Assembly: GCA_963845755.1 (NCBI GenBank)
Contig: CAWJTV010000047.1
Coordinates: 32,001-96,000 of the forward strand
Source: an uncultured Planctomycetota bacterium
GTDB taxonomy: Bacteria; Planctomycetota; Planctomycetia; Isosphaerales; Isosphaeraceae
DNA length: 64,000 bases
Direction of reading: 5' to 3'
This document shows positions 45,797-55,248 of this stretch, in pieces. Each line of letters begins with the position of its first letter. Positions within the stretch are counted from its first letter, which is position 1. A program made the position numbers and the translations under genes. The notes under the pieces are model-generated. The model saw nothing but the letters and a program-made list of their open reading frames with translations. It was not told the DNA's origin and did no database searches.

Positions 45797-45912
45797 GTCA
45801 AGCATACGAGGGTTTTTCTTACACATGGACGCAGGCTTATCCGGCACCAGAAGTGGCGGGTTTCAGGCTGCGGATTGCTGCAGATTGTAAAGCAAATGAC
45901 TGTTTGTTTTAC
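45797..45912. promoter_or_regulatory. Element bounded by two 26-bp imperfect palindromes (recombinase-site or operator-like)
   Basis: gtcaagcatacg-ag-ggtttttcttac (45797-45822) and gtaaagcaaatg-ac-tgtttgttttac (45887-45912). Confidence 0.5.
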
Positions 45913-46106
45913 TGCCGGTCCGACTGGTCGGCGGCACTTCGTTGGCGGCGCCTTACGAGATCACCAAGGAGCAGCAGCGGAGCGGGGCAAAGGGATGGGC
46001 TGTGACCTCTGATTCATGGATCACCCTTTTCCACCTCCCCCGGTATCGTCCCGCGCCCATCTGTCTGCGCCAACCAAGGTTCACCGCCTGCGCATCGCCG
46101 AGGAAA

Positions 46107-46610
46107 CTATAGGTAGGCTATTCGCAACTGGGCGATGACGCACAGCAGAGCGGTGACTACTAAGACTGCAAGGATTGCTGCCCAGGCCAACCAGCGGTAG
46201 GCGCCTCGCGTCAGCATGACGACCGTGACCGAGCAGATGGCCGAGATGCCCAATTGGGTGAAGACGAGTCGCTCCACCATGCGGGCGGCCCGCTGCCGCT
46301 CCCACCCGACAGCACTCGGGCCCATGTGAGGATACAAGGCGCCGACGGTGGTGATCGCGACCGGGCAGGTCGCAAGTGCTATGGACCAGAGCCCCCAAGG
46401 AAGCCACCGTCTCACACCGCCACCTCTCGTCACGAGCGGCAACTGCATTCCCCCGAGCACGATGACACCGAACACCGTGGCCGCGAGCGGGACTGACAAC
46501 AGCCAGGGGAGGACGCGAAGGCGACGCGCCGAGCCCGCAATCGCGACCATAATGCGCCTCAAGGTCAGCCGCCCCGAAGGGGGCGATGATGAGACGAAGC
46601 CGGACGGCAT
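46107..46610 (-). CDS. Hypothetical membrane protein
   Basis: Several TM segments; N-terminal RLTLRRIMVAIA motif. Confidence 0.6.
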   Translation of the reverse strand: MPSGFVSSSPPSGRLTLRRIMVAIAGSARRLRVLPWLLSVPLAATVFGVIVLGGMQLPLVTRGGGVRRWLPWGLWSIALATCPVAITTVGALYPHMGPSAVGWERQRAARMVERLVFTQLGISAICSVTVVMLTRGAYRWLAWAAILAVLVVTALLCVIAQLRIAYL

Positions 46611-47159
46611 GGTAGCAGCCCCCGGTGCCCTACACGAGTCTGTTCCGGCAGGTCACAGTTCTGGACCACTCGTTACACGTCCCGTCATCGTCCCGCGCCA
46701 GAGTCTCCGCGCCAACTATGGTTCACCGTTTCCATTTCTCGCGTCGAGCCACGAGCGTTTTCCCCGATGCGTTTTGGTCTCGATGGTAGGGTGGGCCCAC
46801 GGCCCGCCGACCCCGCCGCCATGATCGCAGTGACGGGAGGAAGGCCAAGGGGGGAAGAATCTTGAAAATTACTTATGTATATCTCATTGACGTAAGACCA
46901 GCGCCCCACGATTTACGTCAAGGGTGTTGTCGTAAGTCGTGGAGCGAATGGAGCCGGCGTGAAGTGGAACATTGCCTTGCCGTAGGACAAAGCGAAGAAT
47001 GGGGCGTCGAAGGGTGACCCGGCCCGGCCGGGATTGGAACGGTGCCGGCGCGTCCCTCAGCGAGGAGGTGTCCGATCAATCGAAAATATGAACACACGAT
47101 TGGAAAATCAGGGAAATTGCGGTCGTGATGTGCGGAAAGTAGGCGTAAGGGAAACGGCC

Positions 47160-47279
47160 GGATACTGTTGGCGAATTCCCCTCAACGGCTGCTCGACCAG
47201 AGTTTTGGGCAAGATAGGGGTATCAGGAAGCTATTATCGCGAGCTTTCGAGCTTCCGGTCGAATTCGCCACCCGTGTCA
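47160..47279 (+). mobile_element. MITE (~119 bp) with IS1182-type ends, copy 2
   Basis: Left end ggatactgttggcgaattcc; right end gaattcgccacccgtgtc; interior partly aligns to the reverse complement of copy 1. Confidence 0.65.
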
Positions 47280-47323
47280 TTGTTGGGTTTGGGCCAATGC
47301 GATCGGCGGTCGGATTCAACGAC

Positions 47324-48847
47324 TCAGAACGGCGACGGCCAGCCGCTGGCCGTCCAGGTGCTGATGCCCAACCGGAGATGCAGGATCACCTGGCCCAGCA
47401 CGATCAAGGTCGGCAGAGCGGCGAGGCAGACCACCGTCAAGCCCAGGGTGAGCCAGGCGAACCGGACTAGACGTCCGGGCGAACAGCCCACCAGATCGAA
47501 CGGCGGGATCCTCAACGCGGGCGGCCGGAGTGCCAGCTCGCTCAGGAACAAGGCCAGGCCGACCATCGTCAGGATCCAGAAGAGCCGTCCCGGATCGAGC
47601 CAGGCCTGAACGCCGTCCGCGAGCGGAGCCGGGAACATGCCCCAGAACCACACACCGGCCTGGTCGATTCCATCCAGCAGCTCAGCGAACATCGGGGGTA
47701 GCGCGGGATCAATCGCCATGGGCGAGGGGAGGCATTTCAGCGCGGAGGAAACGACGATTCCCATCAATCCCAGCGCGAGCGCGTTCGAGAGCCGCCGCAA
47801 CCATCGCGGCTTCTCCCAGGCCGGACGCGGCACGACCGTCCGAGCCGCCAGGCCCGCCGCGAAGGTCCCGAACCCGATGAAGATGATCACGATGGCCTCC
47901 GGATCCAGAACCCCGCGAAACCCCTCGCGCCAGTGGGGACTCATCGTCGGTATCGCCACGAGTGCCATGCCGATCCCCGCCGCACCAGCGGCCGCGAGCG
48001 AGAACAGCCGGACGAACCAGCCTCCCCGGGTCGTCGCCCAGGGCATGGACCGCCCGGCCCGTTGAAAGTCGCGCGCGACGATCATCGCGAGCCCGACGAT
48101 CGTCAGCGTCGCCGGGAGGGCCTCCATCCCCGCGAGAAGCAACCGCGCCGACAGACTGGTCGAAGTGACCCGTCCGAGCGGTCGCATGGCGTTGTTCACC
48201 AACTCGAGTACGTTCAGGATGTACAGTGGAACGAGAGCATGGGTGGCCGGCACGGCGACGAACAGCACACCGGCGAGCGCGGCCAGTGGGACAAACAACC
48301 AGTAAGGTCGCGGACGCCGCGGCTCGGGTCGTGCCAGGCCTACCCCGGCCCCCATGCCCACCACTATGCCGAACATGGCCAGGATCGCGCAGATGGGGAT
48401 CAGCTTCTCCCTCACGTCGTAACCACTCGCCCCAACCCCCCCAAAAAACGAGGACCTGCGGGTCGCGAGATCGATCCGCATGCGGGTCGCGAGATCGATC
48501 CGCAGGATCTCCGACTCCTGAAGGACGAAGCAGATCAGCAATACAACGGCCAGGGCCCGCCAGGCCATCGACGCCAGGCAGCCCGCCATCGTGACGCCCC
48601 CACCCCGTGGCCGTCGGCGGGCCAGTCCGAGGATCGAGCGCACCAGGACCAGCGCAAGGATGACCGCCACAACCTCCACCCCAACGCCCGACGCCCGCGC
48701 CGACTCGACCCAGATGTCTCTCGCCTCTCGGACGACCCCGGCCGCCAACCCGGCCGCCAGGACCAGCAGGCTCAGGTCCGCCAGGCTTACCTGCCAGCGG
48801 CCAACCCTCTTGCCCGACCCTTCCGCCCGGATCGCGATCGACATCAA
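47324..48847 (-). CDS. Hypothetical polytopic membrane protein (507 aa)
   Basis: About 11-12 hydrophobic segments; GGAGG RBS; internal 24-bp tandem duplication. Confidence 0.78.
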   Translation of the reverse strand: MMSIAIRAEGSGKRVGRWQVSLADLSLLVLAAGLAAGVVREARDIWVESARASGVGVEVVAVILALVLVRSILGLARRRPRGGGVTMAGCLASMAWRALAVVLLICFVLQESEILRIDLATRMRIDLATRRSSFFGGVGASGYDVREKLIPICAILAMFGIVVGMGAGVGLARPEPRRPRPYWLFVPLAALAGVLFVAVPATHALVPLYILNVLELVNNAMRPLGRVTSTSLSARLLLAGMEALPATLTIVGLAMIVARDFQRAGRSMPWATTRGGWFVRLFSLAAAGAAGIGMALVAIPTMSPHWREGFRGVLDPEAIVIIFIGFGTFAAGLAARTVVPRPAWEKPRWLRRLSNALALGLMGIVVSSALKCLPSPMAIDPALPPMFAELLDGIDQAGVWFWGMFPAPLADGVQAWLDPGRLFWILTMVGLALFLSELALRPPALRIPPFDLVGCSPGRLVRFAWLTLGLTVVCLAALPTLIVLGQVILHLRLGISTWTASGWPSPF

Positions 48848-49193
48848 TTCGACCTCCGCAATGGACGTCCCACAAACCTACTACAAATGTAGCAAGTTGC
48901 GGCGAATCGAGCAAGGGCCATCCCCTGTTTTGCCATTTTTCGCGAAGCGAGACGCTCGAGATCGCCGATCGCTTGCGTTGCGCACGCCGCAGGGGAGCGC
49001 CGTGGCCAGGTCAGGAGAACCGCGCCGAACTGTGACGACTTAAGGACTGTTCCGTGTGGTCGGAAAGAAGGTTCAACTGGCAGGCATTTTCGACTTGGAC
49101 CAGGAATCGGTGTTCCCCGGTGTTCCCCAGAGCAGCGAGTAGCTGGTGGCGTTTGTTTGAAGGATGATCGTCGCAATGGCAACTGCGACATGG

Positions 49194-49509
49194 CACGTGC
49201 GGCTGCCGCCGCGTGAGCAACACGAGGCGATGGAGGGGATGCGGAGGTTCCTCGATAGCGAGGAGGGCCGTCGGGTTTATGCGCGGCGCAGCGGGATCGA
49301 AGGGACGATCTCGCAGGGAGTGCGGTCGTTGGGGTTGCGGCGTGCGCGGTATCGTGGCGAGGCGAAGACCCACTTGCAGCATGTGGCAACCGCGGCAGCG
49401 ATGAACGTCAGTCGCATCACCGACTGGTTGGAGCGCAGACCCGCTGAGCCGACGCGGAAGTCGCGTCTCGCACAGCTGGCGGCCGGAATGGAATTCGCCA
49501 ACAGTATCC
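49194..49509 (+). pseudogene. IS1182-family transposase C-terminal remnant with right terminal inverted repeat
   Basis: YARRSGIEGTISQGVRSLGLRRARYRGEAKTHLQHVATAAAMNVSR..W; TIR ggaattcgccaacagtatcc at 49490-49509; N-terminal part absent. Confidence 0.88.
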
Positions 49510-49775
49510 CAACGTTTGCTTTACCGAGGAATCGAAGCTCACTTGCCGCCATGATCGCGACACGCTCGGTCGCGTGAGATAGCATGAATGGGGTCGATGA
49601 CGCAGATTGCGTCAGTATTTATAATATATGTAAGAATTATTTATATTGCAATTATCGGAATTGTACAGCTTGATATGCCGATCGAAAAGGCGATTTTTGA
49701 TCCATCGCTCACCGACTTACATCAAATCGAAGTTGTCACACGTGAAGTGGCAGCGACATCTTACAGGACCTAGCC

Positions 49776-50177
49776 ATGCGACTGACTCGCCCCAGGTTCA
49801 CAGTGCGGCGGATGATGGCCCTGGTGGCGGTCATCTCGCTGGTCTTGGGCGGGGAGGTTAAGCGGAGGCATTGGGCGTCGTGGTCGGGCCACTGCCGAGA
49901 GAAGGCGGCCTTCCATCGGGCGAAGGCCGCAGGCGCACGGGGGATCTGCATAGACGCCTTCAATACGCCGCCTCACCTCGCCAAGGACGAGGTGAGTGCG
50001 CGATACCACGACCGGATGGAGCAGAAGCGGGAGGAGGCCGCTAGCCGCCCCTGGTCCTCGGTCCAGGCCGACTCGCAGACGAGCGAGTCGGCTCGACGGT
50101 CAGGACTCGGATGGGTCGCTTGCCGTTGCAATTGGTGCAAGGAGTGGGTCAAAGCGGGTGGAGTGATTCCCCCCTAA
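49776..50177 (+). CDS. Small hypothetical protein with N-terminal RFTVRRMM-hydrophobic leader
   Basis: MRLTRPRFTVRRMMALVAVISLVLG; C-terminal YHDRM..K..AASRPW; 3' end overlaps the convergent gene. Confidence 0.65.
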   Translation: MRLTRPRFTVRRMMALVAVISLVLGGEVKRRHWASWSGHCREKAAFHRAKAAGARGICIDAFNTPPHLAKDEVSARYHDRMEQKREEAASRPWSSVQADSQTSESARRSGLGWVACRCNWCKEWVKAGGVIPP

Positions 50178-51032
50178 AGAGTATGCAGACGAATCAGCCT
50201 TTGTTCCTTGCGCCGAGCCGGAATCACTATCTCGGCTGCCACGGAGCGTCTCCGCTTTCCACAGATAGACGTCGAACTCGCCCAGCTCAGTATCAACCAC
50301 GATCTGCTCGTCCGGCTTGATGTCGGCCATCCGGTGCGCGACCGAAATCACGCGCGTGCCCGGCGGCAGCTTCCGGAGTTGCGGCAACAATTTGGCGTTG
50401 AGGCGCGGCAGCAGGTAGACCGTGACGATGGTCGGCCCTTTGCTCAGGTCGAGCGCGAAGATGTCGCGCTGTTCAATCTTGACCAGCCGCTCGACGCCTT
50501 GCTTGCGCACGTTGACGAGGGAATCCTTGACGCGTTCGGGATCGATGTCGAAACCGCACGCCTTGCAAGCGTACTCCTTGGCCGCCGTCACCGGGATGCG
50601 TCCGTCGCCGCAGCCTAGGTCCCAGACCACGTCCTTGCTGGTTACCCTGGCCAGCCGCAGTAGCGCATCGACCACCTTCTGTGGCGTTGGCTCATATTCG
50701 ACGTCGGTAATGGGCCGTTTGCCCGGCTCGCGCAGGTCGATCGATTCGAAGTCGCCCGGCCGAATGTCGATCCGGCGTGTGACAGTTCGCGGCCCGTTTG
50801 GGCCGGGAATGATCGCCTTGATGGTGTAGGTGTACTTGCCCGGCGGCAGTGGCGGCGACACGAAGCGGCGCATCGGCCCCTTGGACCTCGTATCCTGATC
50901 CTCGATAAACAGCCGGGCGCCCTCCGGGAGATAGACCTCGACCATGACGGTCTTCCGAGACTCTTGCGCGAACGTGGCGGCCGGGATCAGGCACGCAAAC
51001 AGGCCCGCCGCCCGAATCAAGTTGCGCCACAT
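50100..51032 (-). CDS. Signal peptide + TIGR03000-like domain + class I SAM-dependent methyltransferase
   Basis: ..PAATFA signal; VYLPEGARLFIE..T...G..RRFVSPPLPPGKYTYTIKA; YEPTPQKVV..DVVWDLGCGDGRI..GFDIDP..VYLLP..N..LPPGTRVISVAH. Confidence 0.85.
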   Translation of the reverse strand: MWRNLIRAAGLFACLIPAATFAQESRKTVMVEVYLPEGARLFIEDQDTRSKGPMRRFVSPPLPPGKYTYTIKAIIPGPNGPRTVTRRIDIRPGDFESIDLREPGKRPITDVEYEPTPQKVVDALLRLARVTSKDVVWDLGCGDGRIPVTAAKEYACKACGFDIDPERVKDSLVNVRKQGVERLVKIEQRDIFALDLSKGPTIVTVYLLPRLNAKLLPQLRKLPPGTRVISVAHRMADIKPDEQIVVDTELGEFDVYLWKAETLRGSRDSDSGSAQGTKADSSAYSLGGNHSTRFDPLLAPIATASDPSES

Positions 51033-51336
51033 GGAAAGCTTCCCCTCCGGTCGTCGGTCATCTACGGTCCGCGCGATAGCCATCCTCCACGATACCGCGC
51101 CGCGACGTCGATCACACCACGCGACAGGCCGGCCGACAAGAGTCAGGCCGCATTGCGTCCCGTTCAACCAGTGAGACGGTCGTACGGAACATCCACACCC
51201 GATCGAGGGCAATCGGGAAGTCAAGTTACCGCGCTAGCGGTTGGGTTGTTTTACTGTACTAATGTTTCGAAAAGGAAACGGCCGCTTGATTTACCCAAGA
51301 ATCAGGGCTTGCTTGCCATGAAATCTTCGCGGAAAT

Positions 51337-51449
51337 GTCAAGCAAACGGTCGTTTGCTTTACAGGTTCATGCAGACCTATGAGACAGTGAGACGAGGTGT
51401 GCTTATCTGGTGGTATTTCTCCTAAAGTGAAGCGATTTGTTTACTTGAC
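51337..51449. promoter_or_regulatory. Second palindrome-bounded element related to 45797-45912
   Basis: gtcaagcaaacg-gt-cgtttgctttac (51337-51362); element ends in gtttacttgac. Confidence 0.5.
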
Positions 51450-51734
51450 TCATGCCATCTCCCCGGCGTTGGGCGGCCGCGCACTGGCGTGTAATCGTCT
51501 CCGTTCCGAGGCGTGACGTCTTTCGGAGAGCATATCCCGCCGCGTATCCTGATGCCGTCATGTCGGGGACTGATCCGGGGCAAACGATCGTGGGTGACCT
51601 CACCCACGACCGACCGGCCCAGGACAATAATCGGTCCACGGCGCGGAATAACGTGTTTGACGGCGCGCGGGGGTCCGTGGGGCGGGATGGTCTCGCCCCG
51701 CCCCGGAGCGCCTCACCACCGCGGAGTTTGGCCG

Positions 51735-53727
51735 ATGAGGGAAGTGCACAACGCCTCGATCCGCAGCCTGGCTGCCACGGTCCTGACCGCGCTGACAATG
51801 GGGCTACCGATTGCCGCCCGAGCCGAGCCGCCGCCGCTGATCGCGAGGGATGTCCTGTTCGGCAACCCCGAGAAGATCTCGCCCAGGATCTCGCCTGACG
51901 GCAAGCGGTTGGCCTGGATCGCGCCCGACCGGAAGAACGTGCGCCAGGTCTGGGTCAAGACGATCGGCAAGGACGACGATAAGGTCGTCACCGACGACCA
52001 GAAGCGGGGTATCCGTAACTACGTGTGGGCCGAGAACAGCAAGGTCCTGCTCTACCTGCAGGACCATGACGGCGACGAGGAATTCCACGTCTATGGCGTT
52101 CGACCTCGATGCGGGCAAGGTCCGCGACTTCACCCCCCATGAGAAGATCCAGGCGCGGATCTCGGCCATCGACCCGAACTTCCCCGACGAGGTCCTGCTC
52201 TCGATCAACATCCGCGACAAGCAACTGCACGACGTCTACCGTCTGAACGTCACCACCGGCGAGCTGACGCTCGACACGAAGAATCCGGGCGACATCGCCG
52301 GCTTCGTGGCCGACCCCAGGTTCAAGGTCCGTGCCGCGCAAGCGGTCACGCCCGACGGCGGGACCGAGATCCGCATCCGCGACGACGTTCAGTCCGACTG
52401 GAGGACATGGGTCAAGGTCGGGCCAGACGAGAACCTCGACTTCCTCGACTTCACGGCCGACGGCAAGTCGGCCTACCTGCTCTCATCGCTCGGCAGCGAC
52501 ACGGCGCGGGTGGTGGAGGTGCCGCTCACGGGCGACCCGGCCAGGGACGCGAAGGTCGTCGCCTCGTCCGACGCGGTCGACGCCGGCGCCGTGGTGGTCC
52601 ACCCGAAGCGACACGTCGTCCAGGCCGTCGCCTTCGCGCCGGGCCGGATGCGATGGGAGGTGATCGATCCGTCGGTCAAGGAGGACTTCGAGGGGATCGC
52701 CCGGCTGTTCGACGGCGACTTCAACGTGATCAACCGCGACTCGGAAGACCGAGCGTGGCTGGTCTCCTTCACCAACGACCGCGGTCCGATCCGCTACTAC
52801 GTCTGGGACCGCCAGTCGAAGGAGGGAAAGTTTCTCTTCGTCCACCAGTCGAAGCTGGAGGGGCTGAAGCTGGCCCCGATGAAGCCGGTCGAGATCAAGA
52901 GCCGCGACGGCCTGACGCTGCACTCCTATCTGACGATGCCGGAGGGTGTCCCGCCGCAGGGCCTGCCGATGGTCCTGCTGGTCCACGGCGGCCCGTGGGG
53001 CCGCGACACCTGGGGATTCAACCCGATGGCGCAATGGTTGGCCAACCGCGGCTACGCTTGCCTTCAGGTCAACTTCCGCGCCTCGGTCGGCTACGGCAAG
53101 AAATTCCTGCACGCCGGCGACAAGCAGTGGGGAAAGTCGATGCACGACGATCTGATCGACGCCGTTGACTGGGCTGTCAAGCAAGGGATCGCCGACAAGG
53201 CGAAGGTAGCGATCATGGGCGGCTCGTACGGCGGCTACGCGGCGCTGGCCGGCGTGACCTTCACGCCCGAGGTCTTCGCCTGTTCCGTCGACGTCGTCGG
53301 GCCGTCGAACCTCCGGACTCTGATCGCGACCATCCCGCCTTACTGGAAACCGATACGGGCCATGTTCGACGTTCGGATGGGGAACGTCGACGACGCGCGC
53401 GACGCCGAGCTGATCAAGGAGGCTTCGCCGCTGTTCAAGGCCGACAAGATCGTCCGGCCTCTGCTGATCGGCCAGGGGGCGAACGACCCCCGGGTCAAGC
53501 AGGCGGAGTCGGAGCAGATCGTCCAGGCAATCGAGAAGAACAAGGGGACCGTCACCTACATCGTCTACCCCGATGAAGGCCACGGATTTGCTCGGCCTGA
53601 GAACTCGATCGATTTCAACGCCCGCGCCGAGAAGTTCCTCGCCCGGTACCTCGGCGGTCGCTACGAGCCGATGCAGGGCGACAAGTACCCCGGCTCGACG
53701 GCCGTGGTGAGAGTCATCGGCGGCTAA
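51735..53727 (+). CDS. Exported S9 family peptidase (acylaminoacyl/dipeptidyl peptidase); frameshift near 52095
   Basis: Signal peptide; ISPDGK; LVHGGPW.RD; GGSYGG nucleophile; GANDPRV; YPDEGHGF. Confidence 0.94.
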
Positions 53728-53739
53728 ATGCATTTGCAC

Positions 53740-53813
53740 GATTCGGGGAGGGCGAGCCTCCCGGCGAGCCATGATCCGATCCAGCTCGGACGGAGCCTCG
53801 CTCTCCCGGAATC
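53740..53813. repeat. REP-like long inverted repeat
   Basis: gattcggggagggcgagcctcccggcgagc ... gctcggacggagcctcgctctcccggaatc. Confidence 0.7.
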
Positions 53814-54174
53814 ACGCAAGGTCCTTTAGCGCGCCTCACTTTAGGGTCGCACGCACAGGAACGCAGTAACGGTCTCCGGCACTCCTACAGCGTGCACCGA
53901 CCGTATTGGCCCGAAGGCGACCAAAGGTCGCACTCGACAACTCGGCTTGGGTGAGCGATGGCTTCGAGCCGGTTCCGTCGTAACGTCCTTCTGCCGATCG
54001 GATCTCCATCCACGATTCTCCTAAGTTGACCGGCCGAATCCTTCGAAAGTTCGTATACTCACGGTATACCGTAGTTCTGGGGAGGGTTCGGGGTGCGCGA
54101 TCAGGTCAGGAAAAGGCGGTGTTGGGATGAGGGGCGATCGAGGAACAGGCATCGAACATGGGAGCCGGCGTCGC

Positions 54175-54280
54175 GAAACCGTCAAAACGAAGCCAGCCGC
54201 CTCACCCACTCGACCGGAAATCGTTAAAACGAAGCCAACCGCAGGCGCCAAACGAAGGGAAAAAGACGAAACGAAGCCAA
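54175..54280. repeat. Three direct repeats with core AAACGAAGCCA at a 42-bp period
   Basis: Core starts at 54185, 54227 and 54269; first two units share 23/26 bp. Confidence 0.8.
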
Positions 54281-54602
54281 GACTCGAAGGGTTAGGTAGA
54301 TAGTGTCGATTATCCTGATTAAGCAGAATATCGTGAATCCAATGATTGCAACGGGTTTCCCATTTGAAGCGACTGAGCCAAAAATACCGAATATGCTGAA
54401 AACGAGACTGAATTCAAACGACTCCTGGACCATTTCGCGATTCAGACAAGGTGAGTAGCACTCATCCACTTTCTGGGGGACAGAGACCTCGGGTCGCGGT
54501 TTGCGGACCTCGGAGGCGGACTCGGGATTGCGAGATCATGCGTGGAGCCGAAGTGCCGCGGCACCGGGAACCGACAACGACTGACTCGATGAGGCCAACG
54601 TG

Positions 54603-55198
54603 ATGTCCGAGCCACTTCCGGAGGTCTACCTGGCGCGTCACGGCGAGACGGCCTGGACGATCTCGCATCAGCATACGGGCGCACCGACATTCCGCTGACC
54701 GCGCGCGGCGAGCGCAATGCCGAGAGCCTGGGACTTCGTCTGCGCGGCGTTCGGTTCGACACGATCCTGGTCAGCACGTTGCAGCGCGCGAAGCGGACGT
54801 GCGAACTGGCCGGGTTCGGCCCGCAGGCCCAGGCCGATGCCGATCTGATCGAGTGGGACTACGGTCACTATGAGGGGCGGACGGCGGCCGAGATCCGCAA
54901 GGAGCGGCCGGACTGGTTCATCTTCCGCGATGGCTGTCCGGGAGGCGAGTCGGTCGCGGCCGTCGGTGCTCGGGCCGATGACGTCATCGCGCGCGTCCGC
55001 GCGCTCGAAGGCCGGACCATCCTGTTTGGCCACAGCCACTTCTTCCGCGTGTTGGCCGCGCGATGGCTGGGGCTGCACCCCTCGGAAGGCCGGCTCTTGC
55101 TTCTCAGCACGGCGTCGCTCAGTATCCTGGGCTACGAACATAACCGCGACGAGTCGGTCATCCGACTCTGGAACGATGACCGCCACGTGTTGCCCTGA
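54603..55198 (+). CDS. Histidine phosphatase (phosphoglycerate mutase-like) family protein; frameshift near 54680
   Basis: VYLARHGETAW..HTG..DIPLT..GE; EWDYGHYEG; FGHSHFFRVL. Confidence 0.92.
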
Positions 55199-55248
55199 GC
55201 CACGCGGGCCCGTACTAACCCATGCCCCGAAGGCCCGGAGTCCTCGTC

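Noticed and set aside
46000..51000. Integron cassette array
   Set aside because: Genes are in mixed orientation, no repeated attC-like GTTRRRY/RYYYAAC sites seen, and no integrase.
54175..54280. Possible mini-CRISPR array
   Set aside because: Only three degenerate units, period too short (42 bp), repeat not palindromic, and no cas genes.
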